Below, piece after piece: positions 33,853 to 45,415 of a stretch of DNA of 64,000 nt. This DNA comes from Candidatus Bathyarchaeota archaeon. GTDB taxonomy: Archaea; Thermoproteota; Bathyarchaeia; Bathyarchaeales; DTEX01. The first letter of the stretch is position 1. Every line of letters starts with the position of its first letter. The DNA lies in contig CAVQNT010000002.1 of NCBI GenBank assembly GCA_963714275.1, forward strand, positions 736,001 to 800,000, read 5' to 3'. The notes below the pieces were generated by a model. It ran no database searches, was not told the DNA's origin, and saw nothing but the letters and a program-made list of their open reading frames with translations. A program made the translations under genes and the position numbers.

Positions 33853-33968
33853 CTAATGACAGCAAATCTGGTAGTAAGATCTGAAATATTCGAGAAAAAA
33901 GATTCCTTGAATCATTGGTATATAATGACCCTGAAGATTTTGAGTTTTGTAGAAGTCTGATAGAGGCT
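33853..33968 (+). pseudogene. internal fragment of a GT2 paralog
   Basis: TANLVVRSEIFEK.RFLESLVYNDPEDFEFCRSLIE resembles TANLTVRYEVFKKNRFDVSLAYTNLEDIDFCRSLTE of the 31205 GT2. Confidence 0.75.
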
Positions 33969-34053
33969 TATGAAATGGGACATAATGCGCACACTCAACT
34001 ACCTCCGTCTGAACCTTAAAAAAAAGTGAAAAAGTTGAAAAAGGAGAGATGAC

Positions 34054-34836
34054 ATGAAAGTAGCAATTCTCGCTGGCGGACGTGGTACTCGTTTAACAGA
34101 AGAGACTACAACAAAACCCAAGGCATTGGTGGAAATAGGTGGTCGACCGATTCTTTGGCACATTATGATGTACTATCATTATTTCGGCTTCAAAGAGTTT
34201 GCAATAGCACTTGGATACCAAGGCGACTGCATCAAACGTTGGATCCAAGATTACTGCATATCGAATAGAAACATGACGGTGAAAACAGGTATAGGTAAAG
34301 TGACACGTCATAAAAGTAATAAACAAGAATGGCCAGATTGGACGGTACATTTAATCGATACCGGACTAAGCACTCAGAATGGTGGACGAATCAAACGGTT
34401 GGCTCCTTGGCTAAGCGATCAGACATTCATGTTGACATGGTGTGACGGAGTATCGAATGTCGATCTGGATGCATTGTTGAAGTTCCATCGTTCACATGGT
34501 CGCTTAGCAACCTTGACTGCAGTCCGACCGCCCCCTAGGTTTGGTCACCTTGTCTTAGATAATGATAAAGTAATACAGTTTAATGAGAAGCCCCAAGATA
34601 CAGAAGGCTGGATAAACGGCGCCTTCTTCGTCTTAGAACCCGGAGTATTCGATTACATTGAAGGTGATGATACTCAATGGGAGAGAGAACCCTTGGAAAG
34701 GTTAGCAAGAGACGGTCAGCTCATGGCCTATCGCCATAGCGGTTTTTGGCAGTGTATGGACACACTCCGTGATAAGATCCTTCTGGAAGAAATTTGGCAG
34801 AGCGGAAATGCACCGTGGAAAACTTGGAAAGGTTGA
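34054..34836 (+). CDS. rfbF: glucose-1-phosphate cytidylyltransferase
   Basis: ILAGGRGTRL, KPKALVEIGGRPILWHIM, DTG..TQNGGRIKR and GFWQCMDTLRDK motifs. Confidence 0.92.
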   Translation: MKVAILAGGRGTRLTEETTTKPKALVEIGGRPILWHIMMYYHYFGFKEFAIALGYQGDCIKRWIQDYCISNRNMTVKTGIGKVTRHKSNKQEWPDWTVHLIDTGLSTQNGGRIKRLAPWLSDQTFMLTWCDGVSNVDLDALLKFHRSHGRLATLTAVRPPPRFGHLVLDNDKVIQFNEKPQDTEGWINGAFFVLEPGVFDYIEGDDTQWEREPLERLARDGQLMAYRHSGFWQCMDTLRDKILLEEIWQSGNAPWKTWKG

Positions 34837-35012
34837 GTTGACTTACTCCTAAATTCTCAGTTGTACCCTCGTTTAATATTTGCATATTGATAACCCCAAT
34901 CAAGTTTGAGAAGAAGGTTGAGAATTCACAAAGAGGTAGAAGAAACATCTACTTCGTGATTATAAGTCGATACAAGACGATATTTTAAAAAAAGAAAAGG
35001 AGGAGGTAAACT

Positions 35013-36067
35013 ATGCGTGTCTTGGTGACAGGTAATAAGGGATACATAGGCACGGTCATGGTGCCGATGTTACAAACAGAAGGATTTGACGTTATAGGAC
35101 TTGATAACGATCTTTTTGACGGATGCATCTTTGGCGATCAGTCGATCTGTGGAGGTATCCCGAACATTCCCTACGTGAGAAAAGATATCCGTGATGTTGA
35201 GCTCTCTGATCTGCAAGGATGTGATGCTATGGTGCATCTTTGCGCGCTTTCAAATGATCCGCTTGGATACTTCAATCCAGAGATGACTACTTGAAATCAA
35301 TTATGAAGCTTCAGTTAGGTTGGCGAAACTAGCCAAGAAGGCTGGAGTCCAACGTTACCTTTTTTCATCATCCTGCAGCGTCTACGGTGCCTCTGGAGCT
35401 GATATGGTGATCAGAGGAATCGAAACCAAACCCAGTTACCCCATATGGAATCTCAAAAATGCGTGCTGAAGAGGATATCTCGAAGTTAGCGGACGCCAAC
35501 TTTAGCCCGACTTTCCTCCGTTCTGCAACAGCTTATGGCGTATCTCCCATGTTACGGTTTGACTTGGTTCTCAACAATTTGGTTGCTTGGGCGTACACAA
35601 CTGGAATCGTTTTGCTGAAGAGTGATGGTACAGCATGGCGTCCAATTGTGCACATCGAAGACATCTCGCGAGCTTTTATAGCTGTACTTAACGCCTCCCG
35701 CGACTTAGTGCACAACCAGATTTTCAACGTCGGCATAACAGAAGAGAACTATCGAACACGAGAAATTGCTGAAATTGCGAAAGAAACCGTGCCTAACTCC
35801 CAAATTAAATACGCAAAGGATGCTGAACCGGACAAACGCTCCTATCGAGTAGACTTTAGCAAAATAGCCCAGACATTGCCTAAATTTAAGCCACAATGGA
35901 ATGCTCGCCTCGGAGCAAAGCAACTTTACGATGCCTATAAAAAAGTTGGGATCACCCTCGAAGAGTTTGAAGGACCCAGATATAGGCGTATCACACACCT
36001 CGAAAACAACGTTAACAATGGCCATTTGGATAAAACCCTGCGAAGGAGTGAGTCGAGACATGAATAG
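35013..36067 (+). CDS. NAD-dependent epimerase/dehydratase (frameshifts near 35290 and 35410)
   Basis: [40 protein letters not shown] and [10 protein letters not shown] motifs. Confidence 0.88.
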
Positions 36068-37307
36068 CCCCAAGCCATACACACAAATATCTGGATGCCG
36101 ATCCTGCGGAAATACTAATCTTGAGCCAATCATTTCCTTCGGTAACACGCCTCTAGCGGATGCACTACTCAAAGAAGAACAACTGAAACTACCCGAGTTG
36201 ACTGTCCCGCTAACCTAGTCTTTTGCCCAAACTGCGCTCTCTTACAGATCGCGGAAACAGTGAGATCCAGAGATCCTTTTCTGTAGAGATTATCCATATT
36301 TCTCTTCCACATCAAAGGCGTATTTGGACCACTCTCAAAAGAACGCGGAGGAACTTATCAAGACAAGAAAACTAAATTCCAACAGTTTGGTCATTGAGCC
36401 CGCTTGCAATGATGGTTACATGTTGAAGAACTTCGTGGAACAAGGGATAAAAGTTCTTGGGAGTAGATCCAGCCGAAGGACCTGCTCAAGGCTGCACAGA
36501 AAGCAGGAATTCAAACCCTTTGCACGTTCTTTGGGAGGGAACTTGCAAGGCAATCTTCGAAAAGACGGAATGGTAGCTGATGTACTCATTGCCAACAATG
36601 TTTTGGCTCATGTTTCGGATCTGAACGGCTTTGTGGAAGGCATTCGAATAGTATTAAAAGACAACGGTGTAGCGGTTATAGAGGTACCCTACGTAGCTGA
36701 CTTAATCGACAACTGCGAATTTGACACGATATATCATCAGCATCTGTGCTACTTCTCAGTCACATCTTTGAATCATCTTTTTAGAAGACATTCTCTTTTC
36801 ATTAATGATATAAGGCATTATCCAGTACATGGTGGATCATTGCGTCTATACGTGGAGCATGCGGAGGATGTTCATGAATCTGTGCTATCGCGATTGGAAG
36901 AAGAGAGAGCGAGAGGGATAGATCGGATCGATTACTACCGTGATTTCGCCAACCGTGTCCGAGAGATACGGGATGCTTTGTTGGATTTACTCTGGGATCT
37001 CAAGCGAGAAGGGAAAAAGATCGCAGCATATGGAGCGGCAGCAAAGGCAACAACTTTAATGAGCTACTGTAGTATTGATAAAGAGTTGTTAGATTACGTG
37101 GTTGACTTGAACCCGTTTAAACATGGTCGCTATATGGGAGGCAATCATTTACCTATCTTTCCGCCCACGAAGCTTGTGGAAGAAATGCCTGATTACGTTT
37201 TATTGCTAGCATGGAACTGGGCGCAGGAGATCATGAAGCAGCAAGACGAATATCGACGGAGGGGCGGAAAATTCATAATCCCGATACCAAAGCCAATAAT
37301 TGTCTAA
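36060..37307 (+). CDS. NDP-hexose C-methyltransferase family (frameshifted)
   Basis: CRSCG...CPNC zinc motif, [30 protein letters not shown] and [10 protein letters not shown] motifs. Confidence 0.88.
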
Positions 37308-37461
37308 TAATAACTATACTCTCAGGTCTAGGAATAATTTTAAAATTAATAAATAGCCTATTGCTCATAAATGGTCAAATTAGCAGAAACCTGCATCGAG
37401 CTCCGATGAGTTTTTAAGGTCCGTGTGAACGGGAAAATATCCTGAAGAGAAGGGTGAGTAA

Positions 37462-38804
37462 ATGAAAATTGCCCTTATACATCAACCCATAAATACCATA
37501 TCCCTCACCGAACAAAACGGCTCGATCGAGATTTGGACTTACGAAGTGGCGCGTCGTCTGACTCGGTATTGCGACGTCATTATATACGCAAAAAGAGGCA
37601 GCAATCAGAGAGAATATGAATATGACCAAGGAGTACAATACCGACGTATATCAACAAAACTCGACGAATGGTACACCTACCTATCATACGCCTTCGACAA
37701 TCTAGGGAAAACTTCTATAACACACGCTCTGAGTCAGAATATCAGACAATTCTTATTTTATCGCAACGTTAGGCGTCCTTTCTTTGCTTCTCAATGGTAT
37801 TACCTCAACTTTGCTTTGGAAGTCGCAAAGCGTTTAAGAGAGGATAAATGCGATATTGTCCATATCCATACCTTCTCTCAGTTCATTCCGATAATCAGAG
37901 CATTCAATCCTGAAATCAAAATTGTCCTACATATCCAATGTGAATGGCTGAACCAACTTGATCAAAAAATGATTCATGATCGACTTAGCAAAGCCGACCT
38001 TATCTTGGGTTGCAGTGAGTACATCACCGAAAAAATCCGCCGACGTTTCCCTAAATTTGCAAATCAGTGTCAAACCATATACAATGGAGTCGATGTCAAC
38101 CGTTTCGTAAAGGAAAAGAGCGGCAGCTCCGCTTAAGAAGGAAGGTTTCAAACGAATATTGTTTGTCGGCAGAGTTTCACCTGAAAAAGGAGTCCATGTG
38201 CTATTAGATTCACTTCAGAAAGTGGTTAAACGCTATCCTCAAGTACAGCTCAAAATATGCGGATCCCAATGGGCATTACCCATCGAGTATCACGTAGCAA
38301 TGGCTGATGACCCTACAGATTTGACGTTGGCTTCATTCTACAATGGAGATTACATCTCATATTTGCGAACAAAGCTATCGTCAGGTTTATCAAGTCACGT
38401 GTCCTTTACCGGCTCTCTTCCACATGAGCAGTTGATCAGTTCTTATCAGAATGCGGATGTGTCTGTCGTTCCCTCGGTGTGGAACGAGCCTTTCGGAATA
38501 CCCATTATCGAAACCATGGCAACGGAGGTCCCGTTAGTCGCCACGAGCGGTGGCGGTATCCCAGAAATCGTTGTTGATGGCGAGACTGGATTATTAGTTG
38601 AAAGAAGCAATGCTCCAGCTCTGACCGAGGCGATTCTTCGCCTTCTCTCAGATGAAGATCTAAGGAAATCGATGGGAAAAGTCTGCACGTAAGCGAGTGG
38701 TTGAACTATTTTCTTGGGAAAGGATCGTCGAAAACTTGTTATGCCATTACAAGATTATGTTATCTCGCACGACTAAAAGACGACTAGACGAAAAGGACTT
38801 TTAG
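37462..38804 (+). CDS. GT4 glycosyltransferase (frameshifts near 38135 and 38682)
   Basis: GSIEIW, YNGVD, FVGRVSPEKG and EPFGIPIIE motifs. Confidence 0.88.
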
Positions 38805-38860
38805 AAAATCTGTTACTATGAGCTTTTGGATACTGTTCGTTGATTATGGAAGGTGATTAA

Positions 38861-39020
38861 GTGAAAGGTGTAATTCTAGCAGCTAGCGAAGGAACAAGGA
38901 TTGAAAAAGTAACATGTGGTGCCATTCCTAAGAAATTCTTGCCAATGTCCAATGTTCTTACAATACGTTTTCCTATAGAATTCTTTAAACTTACGGGTAT
39001 TGACAATATACTTGTAGTAA
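38861..39020 (+). pseudogene. 5' stub of a sugar-phosphate nucleotidyltransferase
   Basis: GGAAGGTGA SD then MKGVILAASEGTRI...IPKKFLPM, a degenerate GxGTR..PKxLxP motif. Truncated after ~53 codons. Confidence 0.75.
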
Positions 39021-39049
39021 GATCTTTTCCTTTTTTGGCGTGGGTCTAG

Positions 39050-40244
39050 TTGAACAGAATAGTGAAAAATATTGTCATAGTAACAATTGCATTCATGTTA
39101 GTACTGATAGTTGTTTTAGGTTCTCACCTGTTTCCAGACACAACAACTACTATTACCACCACCAGCACCACTACTACCACCAATACTACTACTACCACTA
39201 ATACTACTACCACCACCACTACTAGTGTGATAGTTCATAGCCCAACATTTGGAGTTGTTGTGCAATACTATCTGAATGAAGAACTCAAAGCTTATAAACC
39301 AGACTTATGGACCTTAGTAGACTATGTAGGTGCCTCATGCATAAGCAGTGCTCCTAGGCGAGAATGGGCTGACGAAGTCTGCGAGTCATGGTATCAAAAT
39401 AATGTTTACTTTTGGCATGGCTACCACACCAGAAACAATGATGGACTGCTACAAAAGCAAAGAAGACTTAAAGGCTTGGATTGACCTATATAATATATCT
39501 CAGTACCGAGACCATCCAGGTGTTTGGGGCTACGTTATCTGTGCAGAACCCTTCAATAACTGGGACAACCAGACAGACCAGTTAGTTGAAGTGATTAGAT
39601 ATGGGTGTCAATACGTGAAAAGTCTGGATCCAACGCATCCAGTTACTGTGGCGCTTGATCCCGCAGGAGCATATAATGAAGATCCAAATGGCACATATAT
39701 TGAGAAACGCAAAGAGTGGATTGAAAGATTCATCGATGTTATCGACGTATTAAATTATCACTATTATCGTTTTACAGCAACAGGGACTGGTGGAGGATCG
39801 GGATCAGAATTTTGGGGAGACGAAGACGCATTTAGGAAATCGCTTATACGCCAGTTTGACGAAGTTTTGATTCCAGCGGCAAGAGGTAAGTCTATCATAA
39901 TTGGAGAGACGGGCTGTCCAGTGGGTAATCCTGCAACAGTGGCCGGGGCTGTATTCACAGAACGAGATCAAATGGAATACTTCAGGATCTATGGGGAAGA
40001 AACCAGAAAACGCGGTATATTTGTATATATGTTTAAGCTTATTGACGCTGATTCATCTTCACCTTACGATAAATTTGGTTTGTTCAAAACTCAAAATGAC
40101 GGGACAATGAATATACCCAGGCTTTCGGCTGCCATAGTGAGAGATTATTTTTCATTAACAACACCCAGCAACGCTCTTACTATAAAGCCAAGCCCAGAAG
40201 CAGTGCAGTTCATTATTGATGGATCCAGTTTCGCCACGCCTTGA
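39050..40244 (+). CDS. membrane-anchored GH5/clan-A glycoside hydrolase with Thr-rich linker (frameshift near 39345)
   Basis: N-terminal TM and poly-Thr; ICAEP acid/base, DPTHPVT, NYHYY and IIIGETG nucleophile motifs. Confidence 0.82.
39140..39223 (+). repeat. (ACN)n Thr-codon low-complexity repeat
   Basis: ACA/ACT/ACC runs encode TTTTITTTSTTTTTNTTTTTNTTTTTTT. Confidence 0.85.
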
Positions 40245-40400
40245 TCTGGCATCTTACAGTAAGGAATGTACACGGTCAATGTGCCCTTTAAAGTTCAAGT
40301 AGCAGACGAGACTTATGCGTTCACCGAATGGAAACGACTCCCAAAACCCAACTAGAATCGTCAACCTCGTCTTAGACATGACGGTTATGATGACCTATCT
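40245..40400 (+). pseudogene. decayed C-terminal beta-module of the preceding hydrolase
   Basis: In-frame continuation P*SGILQ*GMYTVNVPFKVQVADETYAFTEW, then after a shift NPTRIVNLVLDMTVMMTY. Confidence 0.6.
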
Positions 40401-40556
40401 CAAGTTGCTGAAACGCTCCAAGATAAACTCAGGAAGATTTAAGACATCCTCGCACGGCTATTGTCCAATGATTGTCTAGTGAGAATGCATTGAAAATATG
40501 ATAGGATCTGCATTAGAAATCCATGTTTTTCTTGATTCTTGGTGGATAAAGAAGAA

Positions 40557-41875
40557 ATGAAAGTTGCCATAGTAAACCAGCCTTTTGGGATTATGAACCT
40601 CCCATGGACAGGTTCAGGAGGTTCTATTGAGATTTGGATCCACGAAGTGGCACAGCGCCTAGCTCAGTCATGCGATGTCGTCGTGTATGCAATGAGGGGA
40701 TTACCCTCTCAGAATAAAGTTGTCTATGATCAAGGGGTGAAGTATCGATTCATATCGGCAACTTTAGACAAATGGCATACATACTTGTTGTATGCCGTCA
40801 ACAAGTTAGAAAGAATTCAGGGATTCAGAAATATTAGACGTGTCTTCTTTTTCCGTAATGTTAAACGACCTCTCTTTGCCTCCAGCCTCTATTGTTTGAT
40901 ATACGCATTGCAGGTGGCAAGAGACCTGAGAAAAGAGGGATGCGACATTGTGCACATCCACAATTTCTCTCAGTTTGTTCCTATCATACGAGCATTCAAT
41001 CCCAAAATTAAAATTATATTGCATATGCATTGCGAATGGTTGACGCAAGCTCTGACCCAACAATGATTGAGCCCAGACTCAAAAAAGCAGACCTAATTAT
41101 TGGCTGTAGTGAATACATCACTGGAAAAATCCGTCGTCACTTTCCCCAGATTGCTGAGCACTGCCAGACTGTATATGGCGGAGTTGATGCAAGTCTCTTT
41201 CTCGCCGGCAAGGATGCGGGAACAACTAACCAGACCAAACGAGTGTTGTTTGTTGGCAGAGTCTCACCCGAAAAGGGAGTACATATTCTACTAAATGCTT
41301 TCAAAAAAGCAGTTGAGCGTTATCCTGAAGCCCAACTTGAAATAGTGGGTTCGCAATGGCAGTTGCCTTACGAATTCTTCGTTGCCCTAAGCGACGATCC
41401 CAGAGCCTCTGACCTAGCATCATTCTACATCGGCAATTCGGGTCTAAGTTACTTTCACCACCTTCAAAGGCAGAGTCTTTTACTGAACATAGCGAAAAGC
41501 GTGACGTTTACTGGTTTTATTCCACACATGTACGTGATGAACAAATATCGTGACGCTAAAGTGCTTGTTTGCTGTTCGTTCAATGAAGCCTTGGGTATGC
41601 CGATTCAGGAAGCAATGGCTAGTGAACTCCCGGTAGTAGCGACTCGTGTGGGAGGAATACCAGAGATCGTCGTAGACAGAAAAACTGGCTTACTGGTTGA
41701 GTCAGGCTACGATTCTGAATTGGCTGATGCAATACTTCGCCTTCTTTCAGATGAAGATTTAAGAAAATCAATGGGAAAGGCGGCACGCAAGCGAGTCGTT
41801 GAACATTTTTCATGGGAAAAAACTGTTGATAACTTGCTGTTTCTCTATAGTAATTTCGGAAAGGATAATGACTAA
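40557..41875 (+). CDS. GT4 glycosyltransferase, paralog of 37462 (frameshift near 41050)
   Basis: GSIEIW, SQFVPIIRAFNP, FVGRVSPEKG and EALGMPIQEAMA motifs. Confidence 0.88.
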
Positions 41876-42702
41876 ATCATTCCTCAGAGCTTGGCTATGC
41901 AAGTCTTTCAAGTGGACATTGGCTAGGATTGGTAGTGAGGTTACCGAGTGTGATCTAAAACGGGACGCGCTAGTCTTCTCGCCTCACTTTGATGATGAAA
42001 CACTTGGGTGTGGCGGAACCATTATCAAGAAGAAGAAAGCTGGAGCAGATGTTAAGATCGTATTCATGACTGATGGTAGCAAGTCACACAAAGACCTGAT
42101 CCCTCAAGATAAATTGATGGAAATAAGGAAAAGCGAAGCATTTGCCGCGAGCCAGTCACTAGGTCTAAAAGCGTGCGATGTTTTTCCCCTTGAGTTCGAA
42201 GATGAGAAGCTAAGTGAGCATACGAAGTCTGCCACTGAAAAAGTGACAGATATACTTATGTATCAACACCCCGATGAAATCTTTGTCCCCTTTCATAAAG
42301 AGCCACCATTATGGTCTAATGACCATTTAGCCACTAATAGAATTGTTAGAGCTGCGCTTCAAACCTATCAGGAAAATGTAACCATTTACGAATATCCCAT
42401 TTGGTTTTGGTATAACTGGCCTTGGTCAAGCCCGACAATACATAGTCTTCGAGGAAATCTTGGGCTTTCTCAAGAATGGTCTTGTTTCAGGCTTTAGATT
42501 TCTTAAGGAATTTCGATGCTTCGTTTACATAGGAGATGTCTTAGAACTAAAACGTGTTGCGCTAGATCAGTATAAATCACAGATGACGCGACTTGTCCCC
42601 GATCCTCGTTGGTTGACATTAGGTGATGTGTCTGATGGAGATTTTTTAGAGTGTTTTTTTCAAAAGCATGAAATTTTCCATAAATACAGCTTTCAAAAAT
42701 AG
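41868..42702 (+). CDS. PIG-L/LmbE family deacetylase (frameshift near 42455)
   Basis: SPHFDDETLGCGG, MTDGSKSH, DH and KRVALDQYKSQ motifs. Confidence 0.87.
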
Positions 42703-42986
42703 ATAATTTCAGCGCGGAGTTGTAAAATGATTTTTAGTACTAGTCAGCTCAGTGAAGAAACTCACCAATTTCTACCTGAAAAGAGGCTATGAAATTATTG
42801 GAAAAGTTTTCGGAAAACTTGAGGGGTATTTATTTGAAAAAGAATTGAAGTGCAATTTTTGATGAAAATTATTTTTGAAATAATATTGTCGAGATAATTA
42901 TGGATGGTTCTAAGAAAATATTCACTATTCAAACTATGAAGCTTTTTAGTTCATCTAAAAAGACCATGAATGAGGATGGAGAAAAA

Positions 42987-44168
42987 ATGTCACATAAGAC
43001 CTGTCCCAACTGTCATAAGCGAGGCATGACATTATTCTACAAGGTAAGAGATGTTCCTGTCCACACTTGTGTAATGCTCTCAACGCAGATAGACGCTTTG
43101 AATTTCCCACGGGGTGACATAGAACTTGGCTTTTGTGAAAAATGTGGTTTCATCTCAAACGTCGCTTTCAATCCCAACTTAATAGACTATTCAAAGTCTT
43201 ACGAGGATCAACAGAGTTTCTCTGCAACATTCAATGCTTTTGCTCAAGATCTGACCAAGCATCTGATAGAGAAATACGATCTTCGTAATAAGGACATCCT
43301 AGAGATTGGGTGTGGGAAGGGCGATTTCTTATCATTACTCTGCGAGCTCGGCAACAACCGTGGGATAGGAATCGATCCTGCATGCACGGAACACCGAATC
43401 AGCAGCAAGGTCTCAGGCTCATTAAAGTTTATCAAAGACTATTACTCTGACCGCTATGTAAAATATCACGGAGATCTTGTCTGCTGCCGACATACTCTAG
43501 AGCACATTCATGATACATCTGCATTTGTCAACACTATTCGAGGTTCGATCGGTAATCGGTTGGATACCGTCGTCTTCTTTGAAGTACCCGATGTCGTTCG
43601 AGTCATGCGTGAACTAGCGTTCTGGGATATCTATTATGAACACTGCTCATATTTCAGTCCCGGATCGCTCTCAAGACTGTTCCGTTCCTGCAAATTCGAG
43701 ATAACTAATCTCTACAAGGGTTTTGACGAACAATACCTGTTAATCGAAACGAGGCCCGTCAGCGAGGTATCCAGCAAAGCACTTGAATTGGAAGAAAGCC
43801 TCGACGAGATAGGGGAGGACGTAAAGTATTTCTCTGCACACAGCCGTGACAAGCTAGACGAGTGGAGAAACCGCTTACAGCAAATTAATGCAGATGAAAC
43901 ACGGACTGTCGTTTGGGGATCAGGCTCAAAATGTGTTTCTTTCATGACTACGCTTGGCGTCAAAGATGAAATCGAGTATGTTATCGATATCAATCCACAT
44001 CGGCATGGTAAGTTCCTTCCCGGCGTAGGTAAAAGGATTATGGCCCCGGAATTCTTGAAAAAATACAAACCAGACCTAACTATCGTGATGAACCCGATCT
44101 ACTGCGGCGAAATTCAGAGAATGCTTAGTAATATGGGCGTCAGCACGGAGGTCATCTCGATTGAGTAA
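42987..44168 (+). CDS. class I SAM-dependent C-methyltransferase family
   Basis: CPNC...CEKC, EIGCGKG, RHTLEH, WDIYYEHCSYF, WGSGSK and DINP motifs. Confidence 0.9.
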   Translation: MSHKTCPNCHKRGMTLFYKVRDVPVHTCVMLSTQIDALNFPRGDIELGFCEKCGFISNVAFNPNLIDYSKSYEDQQSFSATFNAFAQDLTKHLIEKYDLRNKDILEIGCGKGDFLSLLCELGNNRGIGIDPACTEHRISSKVSGSLKFIKDYYSDRYVKYHGDLVCCRHTLEHIHDTSAFVNTIRGSIGNRLDTVVFFEVPDVVRVMRELAFWDIYYEHCSYFSPGSLSRLFRSCKFEITNLYKGFDEQYLLIETRPVSEVSSKALELEESLDEIGEDVKYFSAHSRDKLDEWRNRLQQINADETRTVVWGSGSKCVSFMTTLGVKDEIEYVIDINPHRHGKFLPGVGKRIMAPEFLKKYKPDLTIVMNPIYCGEIQRMLSNMGVSTEVISIE

Positions 44169-45375
44169 GATTGCATCAAAAGAAGTGGATATGTTACTTG
44201 AAGAAAAATGTCCTGTTTGCGGTTCTAAACGGTTAAGAATATTTTTCGAGATGTTGGATGTTCCAGTCTACTGTAACGTGCTCTGGCCAAGCCGCGATGA
44301 AGCCCGACATTGCCGCAGGGGAAACATCAAACTGGCATTCTGCACTGATTGCAGTCTTATTACTAACCTCGCGTTTGAGCCGAAACGTCTTGAGTATACG
44401 CAAGCATATGAAAACCCTCTGCGTTTCTCGCCTCGGTTCCAAGATTATGCGCGATCGCTCGCATTGCGTTTGGTTGAACGATATAATTTGTATAACAAAG
44501 ACATTGTATCAATCGGGTGCGGAGACGGTTATTTTCTGCTATTACTTTGCGAGATCGGGAACAACCGTGGGGTTGGTTTTGATCCTGCCTATGTTGAGCA
44601 AGAAGAGCATAATAAGGTAAAAGATCGAGTCAAGTTTATCCAGGATCTCTACTCTGAAGGCTACGGAAACTATCAAGCAGATCTCTTTGTCTGTCGGCAA
44701 ACACTGGAACATATCCATGATCCAAAAAGCTTCCTGGAGATGTTGCGACAAGCAATTGGCAATCGCCTGAATACACACATTTTCTTTGAAGTGCCTAATG
44801 TAATCCACACTTTTAAGAAATTTTTTGTATGGGACATTATATATGAGCACTGCTCATATTTTACACCTCACTCCCTCTTTCACATTTTTTCATCCTGCCA
44901 GTTCCAAGTCTGCAGATTGACAGAGGAATATGAAGGACAATACCTGTGTGTCGATGCTCTAGCAAGCGAACAAACTACGCTTCACTTTGGACAAGAAGGT
45001 CAATGCGAAGTCGATCGGCTTGCACGCAATTTAGAATCGTTTGCTGCCAATTACCTAAGGACCTTTGAGAAATGGAGACATAGACTAGAACAAATAGAGA
45101 AGAATGGAGAGCGTGCAGTAATCTGGGGGACTGGCTCAAAAGGTGTTACTTTCTTGAATGTTTTTAAAGATTTTACACAAATTGAATATGCGGTAGACAT
45201 TAATCCCCGCAAACAAGGAATGTATGTCGCAGGAACTGGACAGAGAATAGTTTCACCCGAGTTTCTCAGGGAGTATCAACCTGATCTTATCATTGTGATG
45301 AATCCCGTATACAAGAATGAGATTGCAGGGATTGCAGAGCAGCTTGGAATAGCTGCCAGAATGATTTCCTTATGA
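44161..45375 (+). CDS. class I SAM-dependent C-methyltransferase family (tandem paralog)
   Basis: CPVC...CTDC, IGCGDG, RQTLEH, WDIIYEHCSYF and WGTGSKG motifs. Confidence 0.9.
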   Translation: MSKIASKEVDMLLEEKCPVCGSKRLRIFFEMLDVPVYCNVLWPSRDEARHCRRGNIKLAFCTDCSLITNLAFEPKRLEYTQAYENPLRFSPRFQDYARSLALRLVERYNLYNKDIVSIGCGDGYFLLLLCEIGNNRGVGFDPAYVEQEEHNKVKDRVKFIQDLYSEGYGNYQADLFVCRQTLEHIHDPKSFLEMLRQAIGNRLNTHIFFEVPNVIHTFKKFFVWDIIYEHCSYFTPHSLFHIFSSCQFQVCRLTEEYEGQYLCVDALASEQTTLHFGQEGQCEVDRLARNLESFAANYLRTFEKWRHRLEQIEKNGERAVIWGTGSKGVTFLNVFKDFTQIEYAVDINPRKQGMYVAGTGQRIVSPEFLREYQPDLIIVMNPVYKNEIAGIAEQLGIAARMISL

Positions 45376-45415
45376 GGTCTAATATTCGACTTTAGTTAAC
45401 TTAAGATGATTACCA

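Noticed and set aside
40242-40262. Stop-codon recoding (Sec/Pyl or an alternative code) at in-frame TGA/TAA
   Set aside because: All three stops terminate normal genes in the window and the downstream part is also frameshifted, so decay is more likely.
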